The notes under the pieces are model-generated. The model did not search any database. It was not told the DNA's origin and saw only the letters and a program-made list of their open reading frames with translations. From Candidatus Latescibacterota bacterium (lineage in GTDB: Bacteria > Latescibacterota > UBA2968 > UBA8231): 64,000 bases of DNA. Shown here one piece after another: positions 43,583 through 52,492 of this stretch; the first letter of the stretch is position 1; the number at the start of each line of letters is the position of its first letter. The position numbers and the translations under genes were made by a program. The stretch lies in NCBI GenBank assembly GCA_965248355.1, contig OZ252098.1, forward strand, positions 3,584,001 through 3,648,000, written 5' to 3'.

Positions 43583-44053
43583 GTGGCTGAAGTGCCCAGG
43601 CTGGAGGAAGTTCTGAAGAAGAAGCGGCAGCAGCAGGAGGCAGCGGAGATCGACCACGATGCCGTTCGCCAGGAGTGGATTGCCAGCTGCAAGGCGCTCA
43701 TTTCGACGATTCTCGAGTGGCTGCAGCCACTCGAGAATCAAGCCCTGCTGCAAGGCGAGCAGGAGACGATTCCCATCTACGAGGATCAGCTTGGGCAATA
43801 CCAGGCGCCAGTCCTGAAGCTCGTCTTCTTGAAGAGCCAAGTCCTTACCTTGAGGCCTGTTGGACGTTTCGTCCTTGGTGCAGAAGGTCGCGTCGACCTG
43901 ATCTCGGGCAGTACTCCCCTCGCAATGCTGATTCTCAATGGAACGGACCACTGGGGATTTGCGAGGAGGGAGGCCAGGTACGAGAGGCCTCACAGGTGGG
44001 AATTCAATAGAAGGACCTTCGAGGAACTGTTGGTTGACTTCCTGGAAGCATAA
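43583..44053 (+). CDS. Hypothetical protein (alternative GTG at 43592)
   Basis: Intact 156-aa ORF, AGAGGAG upstream, lower-GC codon usage; motif EDQLGQYQAP..LRPVGRFVLGAEGRVDL. Confidence 0.7.
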   Translation: MAEVPRLEEVLKKKRQQQEAAEIDHDAVRQEWIASCKALISTILEWLQPLENQALLQGEQETIPIYEDQLGQYQAPVLKLVFLKSQVLTLRPVGRFVLGAEGRVDLISGSTPLAMLILNGTDHWGFARREARYERPHRWEFNRRTFEELLVDFLEA

Positions 44054-44383
44054 GTGCGCGATTTCACCTGCGAGTCTGTACTCGACCTGTATCTCTTTCT
44101 GCGCCGAAACATCCGTGATCTCCCCGACGAACAGTTGGAATTCCTCACACCGGCCGAGTGCGACGAGTTCCGTGCCGAACTGCTCGAGGAGACGCGCAAG
44201 GACTGCGCCTTCAAGCTCCTGACGCTCCTGGAGGCAGATCCGTACGGCTCACCCTTGGTCTGGCTGCGAACTCGCACTTTGCGGCTGAGGCCCGGGCCCT
44301 CGGCAGGGGCACCGTCTCAGCCCTCCCGCGGCAATCGTGCCGCACCGAAAGCCCTGGATGGGGCGGGTTCTTCATCGGCATAG
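44054..44383 (+). CDS. Hypothetical protein, probably 3'-truncated
   Basis: GTG immediately follows the TAA of the upstream gene; first ~75 aa look protein-like, the tail runs antisense over the higA remnant. Confidence 0.4.
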   Translation: MRDFTCESVLDLYLFLRRNIRDLPDEQLEFLTPAECDEFRAELLEETRKDCAFKLLTLLEADPYGSPLVWLRTRTLRLRPGPSAGAPSQPSRGNRAAPKALDGAGSSSA

Positions 44384-44415
44384 CTCATTCCTCCTTCTGG
44401 TAGTCGATCAGGTCC
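44331..44415 (-). pseudogene. Second higB-higA junction remnant
   Basis: Near-identical to 41817-41900: [32 protein letters not shown], then breaks off. Confidence 0.8.
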
Positions 44416-44439
44416 GCTTCGAGGCAAGCAACCCCGGAG

Positions 44440-45747
44440 TCAGCCCCCCCCGGGCAGCCGCCGCACCCACACCTTCACCTGGGCCCGTGTCGGCACCCGC
44501 CCGGGCGAGTCCTCGGCCCGCAGCCTCTCCCACAACTCCTCAGCGCTCCACCCGCGCAGGCTCTCCAGGGAGGTGAACCCCGCCGCCGCCAGGCGGTTGC
44601 CGTACTCCGTCCCGATCCCCTCATGCAGGTACAGCGCCGCCACCTGCCGCAACTGCGCGGCGCTGGAGTCATCCAGCATCGCCTCGACCTCCCCCCAGCG
44701 GCGCTCGCTTCTCCAGCCCGTCAGCTGCGTCAGGTGTGACACAGCGGCCGCCTTCAGGGCCTGCCGCTGCTCCGGCCCGATGGCCGCGGCATCGGCCACC
44801 CTCGGCGTTCGCGAGGTGACGACCACGCGGTCGACTGCGAGATAACCGGTCACCGAGACCACGACGGCCACGGCGATGGCGGCCGTCCGCCCCAGCCGCC
44901 CCGCTCCCGGCCCCTGCTGGGCGAACCCGCCGAAGGGCGGCGCCAGCCGGTACCAGACGAGCAGCCGGTATACGCTGGCGCATCCCAGGGCGAAGGGCGG
45001 GAAGCCGAGGAATCCCAGCACCGGCATCTCGAAGAGCTTGATGTCGTCGAAGAAGGGGACGGTGTAGATCCACTTGGCCCGGGCCCAGTAGTTGAAGAAC
45101 TCCCAGCAGCCCCCGGCGATGGCGCCGGCCAGCAGCATGCGCAGGGTGGGGCCGTACTCCCCGCGCTCCCACTGGCGCAGCCAGCCGTCCACGCCGCGGC
45201 GATGGACCACCGGCGCGAGGATCAGGGGCGCGACGCCCCAGATGAGCGGGTAGAAGCGCGTGGGATCGACCAGGCTCAGCGCCAGAAAAGCCGCGCCGGC
45301 CGCCTGCAGGGCGAGCAGGGACCGCGAACCGAAGCGCAGGGGCCGGAGGCGCACGGACGCAGCGGCGCCTCGCGCGCCGAGCCAGTGATCGATCCAGAAC
45401 ACGCCCGGCAGCACGGTGCCGAAGGCCAGGACCGTCCCCGCCAGCCGCGCGGCGTCCAGGTCGGTGACCAGCACGTAGTGCCAGTTCCGCAGCCGCAGGT
45501 TGGCCAGCTCGCAGGCGAACCAGAGCACGGCGGACCACGCCATGAGCAGGGCGAAGGATCCCGCGCCGAGGCGGGCGATCAGCGATCGTCCCTCGGCCCG
45601 GGCGATGAGCTGGTCGAAGGTGAAGAGGAGGCCGGCCCAGGCGAAGAGGAAAAAGAACGTGGCCGCCGGCTCCACGCCGAGGGCGGCGAGCCCGTAGAAG
45701 CCCGCCATCCAGGCCACGCCCAGGGCCACCGCCACGGGCGGCCTCAT
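44440..45747 (-). CDS. Polytopic membrane protein with C-terminal DUF4332-like helix-hairpin-helix domain
   Basis: Repeated E..N....W.Y segments, LFEMPVLGFLGFPPF; C-terminal GIGTEYGNRLAAAG..PTRAQVKVWV. Confidence 0.7.
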   Translation of the reverse strand: MRPPVAVALGVAWMAGFYGLAALGVEPAATFFFLFAWAGLLFTFDQLIARAEGRSLIARLGAGSFALLMAWSAVLWFACELANLRLRNWHYVLVTDLDAARLAGTVLAFGTVLPGVFWIDHWLGARGAAASVRLRPLRFGSRSLLALQAAGAAFLALSLVDPTRFYPLIWGVAPLILAPVVHRRGVDGWLRQWERGEYGPTLRMLLAGAIAGGCWEFFNYWARAKWIYTVPFFDDIKLFEMPVLGFLGFPPFALGCASVYRLLVWYRLAPPFGGFAQQGPGAGRLGRTAAIAVAVVVSVTGYLAVDRVVVTSRTPRVADAAAIGPEQRQALKAAAVSHLTQLTGWRSERRWGEVEAMLDDSSAAQLRQVAALYLHEGIGTEYGNRLAAAGFTSLESLRGWSAEELWERLRAEDSPGRVPTRAQVKVWVRRLPGGG

Positions 45748-45828
45748 CCCATCAGGGTAGTCACGGTCATGGAACGGTCCGGGTGACGCCCCCGCTCCAG
45801 ACAGGCTCCTCGCTCACGTCTTGGGCTC

Positions 45829-46248
45829 TCAATCATAATCATGGCCCTGAATTGCCTCTGGTGAGAGCAGAAGCAAACCTGCCACATATGCGAAGTGGCG
45901 GTCCATCGAGACCAGTCGCAGGCCATGCTCCATGGCCTGCGCCGCGATCCAGATGTCGTTCGTCGGAATCGGGGTTCCGGCGCTTCTCAACCCGTCGAGG
46001 ATCTCGGCATAGAACTCGGCTGTATCCTCGCTGACGCCGCATATCGACACGCGGGGTGTATCGAGGAATTCGGCGAGTTCCTCGCGGTTCCTGCGCTCCT
46101 GTGTCCCGCCCTTGAAGCCCGACAGCAACTCCCCGATGCTGATCGAACTCAGCACGATTCGCGAGGCCCGCCGAAGCAGGGAGACAACCGCCGATTCCGC
46201 GCGCATGGCGTGCGAGTAGATGTTGGTATCGATCAGGAATCCATTCAC
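45829..46248 (-). CDS. vapC: VapC/PIN-domain toxin
   Basis: LIDTNIYS, ISIGELLSG, PIPTNDIWIAAQA, SMDRHF; GTGA overlap with the antitoxin. Confidence 0.93.
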   Translation of the reverse strand: MNGFLIDTNIYSHAMRAESAVVSLLRRASRIVLSSISIGELLSGFKGGTQERRNREELAEFLDTPRVSICGVSEDTAEFYAEILDGLRSAGTPIPTNDIWIAAQAMEHGLRLVSMDRHFAYVAGLLLLSPEAIQGHDYD

Positions 46249-46517
46249 TGCCACAGTTCCGGATCGACGCGCCGCCCGGAATCGATCTTCCGCTGAATCC
46301 GGGCGAACTCATCCTCGTCCCAGCGTCCGAAGAGATGATCCATGTCTTGATGGACTTCAGTGAACCGCCGGGACCTGTCCAGTCCGAACTGCTTTCGGAG
46401 GGCATCCAGCGCTGTCTGGTTCACGCTCTTGCCTTCCCGTCCTGCCACCTCCTTCAACTTGGCGGCGAGCTGGGGGTCCAGGCCGCGCAGGGTCATGTTC
46501 TTCGGAGTATCCGCCAA
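46245..46517 (-). CDS. Ribbon-helix-helix type antitoxin (VapB/FitA-like)
   Basis: NMTLRGLDPQLAAKLKEVAGREGKSVNQ; TTG start after AAGGAGG. Confidence 0.82.
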   Translation of the reverse strand: MADTPKNMTLRGLDPQLAAKLKEVAGREGKSVNQTALDALRKQFGLDRSRRFTEVHQDMDHLFGRWDEDEFARIQRKIDSGRRVDPELWQ

Positions 46518-46562
46518 GGAGTACCTCCTTGAAAATGCCACAACTATGTGATATCGGTATGA

Positions 46563-46595
46563 TCTCATCATATGAGACCATGCCCGGTTGGTCAA
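46563..46595 (-). promoter_or_regulatory. vapBC promoter with overlapping inverted repeat
   Basis: Minus strand TTGACC(46595-46590)-N17-TATGAT(46572-46567); TCTCAT-N3-ATGAGA at 46563-46577 covers the -10. Confidence 0.72.
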
Positions 46596-46677
46596 GGATC
46601 CCCTGCCGAGGCCTGCGCTCAGCCCAGCGGCCCCCGGCGCTGGCCAGGAGCATGCTGGACCGGGCGGCGCACGCCTT

Positions 46678-49248
46678 CTAGAACGAAACAGTCACGGTCA
46701 TGGAAACCGTCCGCGGCGCCCCGAGCCAGGCGGCGTTCTCGGTGATGGCGGACAGATAGGCCTTGTCGAGCAGATTGTTCGCCACGATCGAGAACTCCGT
46801 CGACCGGAGCGACGGCCCCAGCGCCTCGCCGGAGAAACCGATATACGCGTCCGCCAGCCAGTAGGCGTCCGTGTACCAGTCGGCCGTCAGGCTGACACGC
46901 CGCGGCGACGTGTACTTGGCCGACAGTCCCATGCGGAGAGTCCCGGTCCGATCGAGGGAGACGACCCACAGCTTGTCCGGTACTCCGGTGACGTCGGTCC
47001 CCGCAACGATGTTCTGGCTTGCGTCGACGAGGGGATCGTCGCTCCCGATATACTCCGAGTCGTTGAATGTGCCGGCCGTGTAGAAGGACATCTGCTGCGG
47101 CATCCGCACCGTTGCCGAGAACTCCAGGCCCTTCGTCTGGAGGCCGCCGGCGTTGAAATAGGCGCCGCCGCCCGGGATGAGGTAGTTCGGACCGGCCGTC
47201 GTCTGCGGGCCGAGGTAGAAGATCCTGTTCTCGAAATCGACGACGTATCCGGTGGCACCGAGGGCGACCCGATCCCCCGTATACTGCAGCCCGAAATCGA
47301 TGTTCGATGCGGTTTCCGGCTCGAGATCGTCGAGGCTCCGTCCCGGCACCTCGAGAAGCGTGCTGCTGATCGCCTTGAAGTTCTGGGCATATCCGGCGAA
47401 AAGGTGCAGGCCCTCGACCGGCGTCTCGTAGGTGACGCCGCCTGAGACGAGCTGTTTCGAATCGGAGTCGGCCTCCAGGTCCGGGTCGACGCCGAACAAG
47501 TCCTCCCGCGACACGTCCACCAGGAACTGCTTGACGCCGCCGCTCAGAGCGAAGGGGCCGGCGTAGAGCGTCTCCTCGACGTACCACTTGAGGACACGCT
47601 GCGGGAAGTCCCACTCGTACTGGTGCCAGTAGGCCTGCTCGTTCCACTTGAAGCTCAGCACCGGATCCAGCATCTGGTGCCAGTCCCGGCCGAGATCGCG
47701 CCGCGAGCCTTCGTACCAGATGCCGGCGCGCAACGTGCTGGCGGCCGCGCCGACGGTTGTGGTCCACTCCTCGTCGAGGGTCACGCCGACGCGGTCCTTC
47801 CCGTAGTGGCTGTGGCGGTAGGACTGCACCGCCGTGGCCTCCGGGTGGCACGCCGGGTCGACCTCCGGGCCGCCCGATCCGTAGTAGTTGTAGATGTAGG
47901 ACGACGTGCACCCTGGCGCCGGTCCGACTGCGACGCCGTCCCGGTTCACGAAGCGGATCAGCCCGAGCTGGGCGCCGCCCTGCACCGGTGTCCGGCCCAT
48001 CAGCTCCGATTCCGGTCCGCCGCCGTCGTCGGTGACGTCGGCGATGTAGGGGGGCAGCCAGTCGCCGCGGCCCCGGTTGCGATGGAAATAGAAGCCGCCG
48101 CTCAGCGAGATGGCGTCGCTGAACGACCAGTCCGCCTTCAGGTAGGCGAGGGTGTTGTTCCGCCGGGTCTGCCAGCCGGGGCGGTAGAACTGGTTCAGGT
48201 AAGGGACGCCGGGCCAGTCGCCGACGAGGCGGTCCCAATGCGGGTTGGCCACGAAGTTGCCCTCGCTGTAGAGCCGCTGGTAGGTATCCTCGTGGATGCT
48301 GTCGTAGGAGAGGTAACCGGTGAGATCGAGACGCCCGTGGAGCGAGACCAGCTTGGCGGCCGCGTGCTCCCGCTCGTTCCGCGCCGACCCCTGCACCCAG
48401 TCGGTCGCCTCCTGGCGGCCCCCGGCGATCCAGGCCCAGGTCTCACTGCCGAACAGCGGCCCGGTGTCGACGCGCATGTAGAACCGCTTGCCGTCGTTCT
48501 CGCCGAGGGTGGTCGACGCGGTCCAGGTCCGCTCGTCCGCCGGGTCGTCCGTCAGATAGTTGAAGGTGCCGCCCAGGGCCTCGACCGACCGGGAGGCGAT
48601 GTCGGCCGTCCCCTGGGACACCTCGACGCCCCCGAGGTTCATCGGATCGATGAACCGGTTCGCCTTGGCGCCGCTGAAGTAGTCGGACGTTCCGTTCGGG
48701 AACCCGTCGATGGTCGTGCCGATCTGCGCCTCGCTGATGGTCACCTGGAAGCCGCGCACGGCGACGTTGCTCGACCAGTCGTCGAAGCCGTACGCGTCCC
48801 CCTCCTGGATGGATACACCCGGGAGGTTGTCCACCACCGACGTCACGCTGGTGATGTTCGACTGCTGCAGCCGCATCGGCTCGGCCACGACGTTGCTCGC
48901 GAAGATCCGGGGCTCCTCGGCAACGACGCTGATGTCCTCGAGCCTGACGGCGCTCGGTTCCAGACGAACATCGAGAGTGGTGACGCCGGGCCTTGCCGTC
49001 AGTCGCCGCGTCCGGAATCCCACGAAGGAGAAAACCAGAATGTCCTCCGGGGACCGAAGGTCGATCGAATAGGCCCCATCATGGTCCGTCACGGTCCCGA
49101 TGAAAGTGCCTTCAATGACAACCGTTCCGCCCGGCAAGGCCTCACCGGTCTCATCCGACACCACGGTTCCTGAGACCGTAATCTGCCCATGGGCTTCCTG
49201 GGCCAGTTGCACAACGAAGATGGCGACAATGGCGCTGGCGAGTTTCAT
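46678..49248 (-). CDS. TonB-dependent receptor with N-terminal carboxypeptidase-regulatory-like domain
   Basis: Signal peptide, VSGTVVSDETGEALPG, plug NLPGVSI..AVRGF, LEPETASN, NNLLDKAY, terminal Phe. Confidence 0.93.
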   Translation of the reverse strand: MKLASAIVAIFVVQLAQEAHGQITVSGTVVSDETGEALPGGTVVIEGTFIGTVTDHDGAYSIDLRSPEDILVFSFVGFRTRRLTARPGVTTLDVRLEPSAVRLEDISVVAEEPRIFASNVVAEPMRLQQSNITSVTSVVDNLPGVSIQEGDAYGFDDWSSNVAVRGFQVTISEAQIGTTIDGFPNGTSDYFSGAKANRFIDPMNLGGVEVSQGTADIASRSVEALGGTFNYLTDDPADERTWTASTTLGENDGKRFYMRVDTGPLFGSETWAWIAGGRQEATDWVQGSARNEREHAAAKLVSLHGRLDLTGYLSYDSIHEDTYQRLYSEGNFVANPHWDRLVGDWPGVPYLNQFYRPGWQTRRNNTLAYLKADWSFSDAISLSGGFYFHRNRGRGDWLPPYIADVTDDGGGPESELMGRTPVQGGAQLGLIRFVNRDGVAVGPAPGCTSSYIYNYYGSGGPEVDPACHPEATAVQSYRHSHYGKDRVGVTLDEEWTTTVGAAASTLRAGIWYEGSRRDLGRDWHQMLDPVLSFKWNEQAYWHQYEWDFPQRVLKWYVEETLYAGPFALSGGVKQFLVDVSREDLFGVDPDLEADSDSKQLVSGGVTYETPVEGLHLFAGYAQNFKAISSTLLEVPGRSLDDLEPETASNIDFGLQYTGDRVALGATGYVVDFENRIFYLGPQTTAGPNYLIPGGGAYFNAGGLQTKGLEFSATVRMPQQMSFYTAGTFNDSEYIGSDDPLVDASQNIVAGTDVTGVPDKLWVVSLDRTGTLRMGLSAKYTSPRRVSLTADWYTDAYWLADAYIGFSGEALGPSLRSTEFSIVANNLLDKAYLSAITENAAWLGAPRTVSMTVTVSF

Positions 49249-49400
49249 GAGTTCCCCTGCTTTAGAGTGACTTACGGCGGAAGCCGGATGGCGCCGCCGG
49301 GCCTGCGGATCCTCGCATGGCCGGCACGAGCGAGGCGCTCTCGGTTCGTGAGGCGACAGGAGCCGCTCGCGCGGCACCGGCGGACAGCGGCCTCATGGGC

Positions 49401-51242
49401 TCAACGCAACGGCCCCCGGCTGCTGTCCGCCAGCGGTACCGGCGCCGACAGCCTCACCAGGTCCGGCAGATCGATCTCCTGGAGCAGGCCGAAGCAGAAC
49501 AGGGAAGGGTTGGCCGCGTACGACGAGGGCCACTCCACGAGCCGGTCCAGGGAGTCGAAGAGACCGTTGGTGACGATCCCGGCGAAGCGCCGCGGCTTCA
49601 GGGCCGCCGCCAGCAGGCAGAGGACCGGCGCCGTCCGTCCGGCGGCGCGCAGGTGGACCTCCCCTCCGTAGCACCGGACCGCCCAATCCGCCACGGCCAG
49701 CAACTGTCCGGTGATGATGCCCAGGGACCGCTCTCCGGCGCTGGCCAGGAGCATGTGGAACTGGGTGGCGCAGGCGCTCTCCCCGGCGCTTAACAGGTCG
49801 ACGGCCAGCACCCGGCGTCCGGCCTCCAGGCCCTGGCGCGCCAGGGCGGCCGACCCGGAGCGGCCCCCATCGGTGAGGACGATCTCCGTGTCTTCGGCTC
49901 CGGCGGCCGGCTCGGCGGCGGTCACCGGGACCGACCAGGGCCCCACTCGCAGCACCCCGCTGCTCAGGGCCAGGCCCCGCCGCGCCGGGCCCTTGCCGAG
50001 GCGGCCCTCCGCCGGGTGGCGGCCCAGGTGCAGGACGCGCGCCAGCCTTCGGCGGAGGGCCGGCGGCGGATCCGGCCGGGCGTCCTCGCGACCTCGGCGA
50101 ATGCTCTGCAGGTGGCCCACGGCCAGGGAGTAGAGGGTGGCGTTGTCGGCGGGCAGCCCCACGTTGAGGGCGCTCTCCGGCAGCAGCTCCTCCTCGTACG
50201 GCAGGTCGTGGTCCGGCGTGTCGAGGCCCCAGTGCTTGTTCAGAAAGCGATAGAGCTGGCCGCGGTTGTCGCTCTCGTAGTTGTGGGTGCCGGGGTCGAC
50301 GTTGTCGTGCAGCTCGATGTGCCCGGCGGCCCCCAGGGTCTCGAAGACGGTGCGGGCCGGCCGGAACACGGAGAGCCGCGTGCGCCGCGTCTGGAAGCAG
50401 CAGTCGTCCTCGCGGTTGTAGATGAGCAGCGTCGGCCGCGGCGCGAACATGCCGGTGAGCACGTCGTAGTCGGCGGCCGTGCACAGATCGGTGGGACACT
50501 GCTCCAGGTCGCCCATGTCGGCGGCGCACCCGCACCGCTGCCACACCGGCGAGTGACCGGCCACGGGCACGACCACGGTGACCCGCTCGTCGAGGGCGGA
50601 CAGGACCGCCGTCTGCCAGCCGCCGCCGGAGAGGCCGGTCATGGCCACCCGCTCCGAGTCGGCGCTGGGATGGGCGAGCAGCACGTCGAGGCCGCGCTTC
50701 ATCAGCAGGTAGAACACGCCGACGCCGGCGACGCCGCAGAAGTCGAGGAGGCTGACGCGCATGTGGTCGCTGTCGGAGCGCAGCTCCCCCATGCCGAGGA
50801 ACTCGGTGTTCAGGGCCAGCAGGCCGCGCTTGGCGAGGTTGATGCAGCGCGCCTGCTTGTAGTCCATCGCCTTGCCGCCGGCGTGGTGGCCGTTGGGGTT
50901 GAGCACGGCGGGCACCTTGCCCCCCAGGTCGGTGGGCTCGTAGAGCAGGGCGGGGACCCACAGGCCGGGATAGCCCTCGTAGCGCAGCTTGCGGATGCGG
51001 TACCCGGGGCCGGCGGCGATCACGCCGCGCCACTCGACCCGGGGAGGCTCTTCGAGGAGGCCCTCGGGATGGCCGCGCAGGAACAGCTCGAGGACGGCGG
51101 CGCGGGCCTTGCGGGCGCGGCGCTTCCAGGCCGCCGGCGAGGCGGGCTTCCGCAGGCGCGGGAGCCGCTCGTCGAGGAAGGAGAGCAGCTCCCGGCTGGC
51201 GGTGCGCTTGCCGAGGAGCCGGCGGGACAGGAGGCGTTCCAT
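49401..51242 (-). CDS. Alpha/beta hydrolase (acetyl xylan esterase-like)
   Basis: PALLYEP..PAVLNPNGH, MTGLSGGGWQT, APRPTL, DDCCF, GTHNY. Confidence 0.85.
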   Translation of the reverse strand: MERLLSRRLLGKRTASRELLSFLDERLPRLRKPASPAAWKRRARKARAAVLELFLRGHPEGLLEEPPRVEWRGVIAAGPGYRIRKLRYEGYPGLWVPALLYEPTDLGGKVPAVLNPNGHHAGGKAMDYKQARCINLAKRGLLALNTEFLGMGELRSDSDHMRVSLLDFCGVAGVGVFYLLMKRGLDVLLAHPSADSERVAMTGLSGGGWQTAVLSALDERVTVVVPVAGHSPVWQRCGCAADMGDLEQCPTDLCTAADYDVLTGMFAPRPTLLIYNREDDCCFQTRRTRLSVFRPARTVFETLGAAGHIELHDNVDPGTHNYESDNRGQLYRFLNKHWGLDTPDHDLPYEEELLPESALNVGLPADNATLYSLAVGHLQSIRRGREDARPDPPPALRRRLARVLHLGRHPAEGRLGKGPARRGLALSSGVLRVGPWSVPVTAAEPAAGAEDTEIVLTDGGRSGSAALARQGLEAGRRVLAVDLLSAGESACATQFHMLLASAGERSLGIITGQLLAVADWAVRCYGGEVHLRAAGRTAPVLCLLAAALKPRRFAGIVTNGLFDSLDRLVEWPSSYAANPSLFCFGLLQEIDLPDLVRLSAPVPLADSSRGPLR

Positions 51243-51300
51243 CTACCCAAGCCTAGGCCTGCGGGAGCCCTTCGGCAAAGCCGCCGATGCTCCGGCCGGC

Positions 51301-51337
51301 AAAAAGAAGGCGCCCGCGGGGAAACCCGCCGGCGCCT
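51301..51337 (-). terminator. Intrinsic terminator downstream of the small gene 51370-51567
   Basis: Stem AGGCGCCCGCGGG-GAAA-CCCGCCGGCGCCT followed by TCTTTTT on the minus strand. Confidence 0.75.
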
Positions 51338-51369
51338 GAAATGCCTTTGGCTTCTCTCCGGAAGAGCGG

Positions 51370-51567
51370 CTAACCGGCGCGCTTGAGCACGGGAAGACCG
51401 TTCCGGCTCTCGGCCACCTGGTAGCCGTCGGGCACCGCGTCGAGGGCGCCCTCGCGGGCCTCCTTGGCGAAGAAATAGATTTTCTGCGTGTTCCCGTTCT
51501 TCAGCGTCGTCTCTTTCTGGTGGAGGATGTATGACGTTCCCTTCGAGTTGGTAAACGAAAACGGCAT
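51370..51567 (-). CDS. Small hypothetical protein (65 aa)
   Basis: RBS AGAGGAG, own terminator; MPFSFTNSKGTSYILH..IYFFAK..PDGYQVAESRNGLPVLKR. Confidence 0.8.
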   Translation of the reverse strand: MPFSFTNSKGTSYILHQKETTLKNGNTQKIYFFAKEAREGALDAVPDGYQVAESRNGLPVLKRAG

Positions 51568-51702
51568 GGGCGAGAGCTCCTCTTTGGTTGAGTGGGATCG
51601 ATAGGTCCAAAAATACCCATGTTCGCCGAAGTCTGCCACGGCGGCGGCGTTCTTGACATGCCCGGATGCGCTCGGCTACATCTACCGCTTCAAAAAGGTC
51701 TC

Positions 51703-52479
51703 ATGACAAACGACCAGAACGTCCTCCCCGCCGCCGAGAACCCCTTCGGGGGCGTGATCCCCGAACCCGGCGCCCTCGACCGCGATCCGGCGCGCTTCGC
51801 GGCCCGGCTCGAGGCCTCGATGGCCTGCTGGCGGGACCATGGGTACCGCGTCGTCTGGCTGGAGATCTCCATCGACCGGGCCGAGCTGATCCCCGTGGCC
51901 GCGTCGGCCGGCTTCTCCTTCCATCATTCCAGCGGCGACTCCCTGATGATGACGGCCCGCCTCGAGGAGGACGCCTTCATCCCCGCCCACGCCTCGCACT
52001 ACATCGGCGCCGGGGGCGTGGCCATCAACGACCGCGACGAGCTGCTCGTGGTCAGCGAACGGTATCACCGGACCCCCCGCCGCCGGCCGAGCTACAAGCT
52101 GCCCGGCGGCGCCCTGCAGGAAGGGGAGCATCTCGTGGAAGGCATCGTCCGCGAGGTCTTCGAGGAGACGGGGGTGAGCACCGAGTTCGACGCCCTCGTC
52201 TGCTTCCGGCACTGGCACGGCTACCGCTACGGCAAGTCCGACATCTACTTCGTCTGCCGCCTGCGGCCCCTCGACGAGCGCATCACGATCCAGGAGGAGG
52301 AGATCGCCGAGAGTCGCTGGATGCCGGTGCAGGAGTACTACGACGCCGAGGGCGTGAGCGACTTCAACAAGCAGATCGTGCGCGCCGCCCGCGACAGCGC
52401 CGGCATCCGGCCCACCGAGCTGAAGGGCTACGGCGATCCCGCCCGGTTCGAGTTCTTCATGCCCCACCTCGACCGGTAG
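51703..52479 (+). CDS. NUDIX hydrolase, NUDT6-like with N-terminal pre-Nudix domain
   Basis: GFSFHH, HYIGAGG, KLPGGALQEGEHLVEGIVREVFEETGV, GKSDIYFVC. Confidence 0.88.
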   Translation: MTNDQNVLPAAENPFGGVIPEPGALDRDPARFAARLEASMACWRDHGYRVVWLEISIDRAELIPVAASAGFSFHHSSGDSLMMTARLEEDAFIPAHASHYIGAGGVAINDRDELLVVSERYHRTPRRRPSYKLPGGALQEGEHLVEGIVREVFEETGVSTEFDALVCFRHWHGYRYGKSDIYFVCRLRPLDERITIQEEEIAESRWMPVQEYYDAEGVSDFNKQIVRAARDSAGIRPTELKGYGDPARFEFFMPHLDR

Positions 52480-52492
52480 CGGGGACATCGGC

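Noticed and set aside
49249..49400. Possible riboswitch upstream of the TonB-dependent receptor
   Set aside because: No recognisable cobalamin or TPP consensus elements by eye; an Rfam search would be needed
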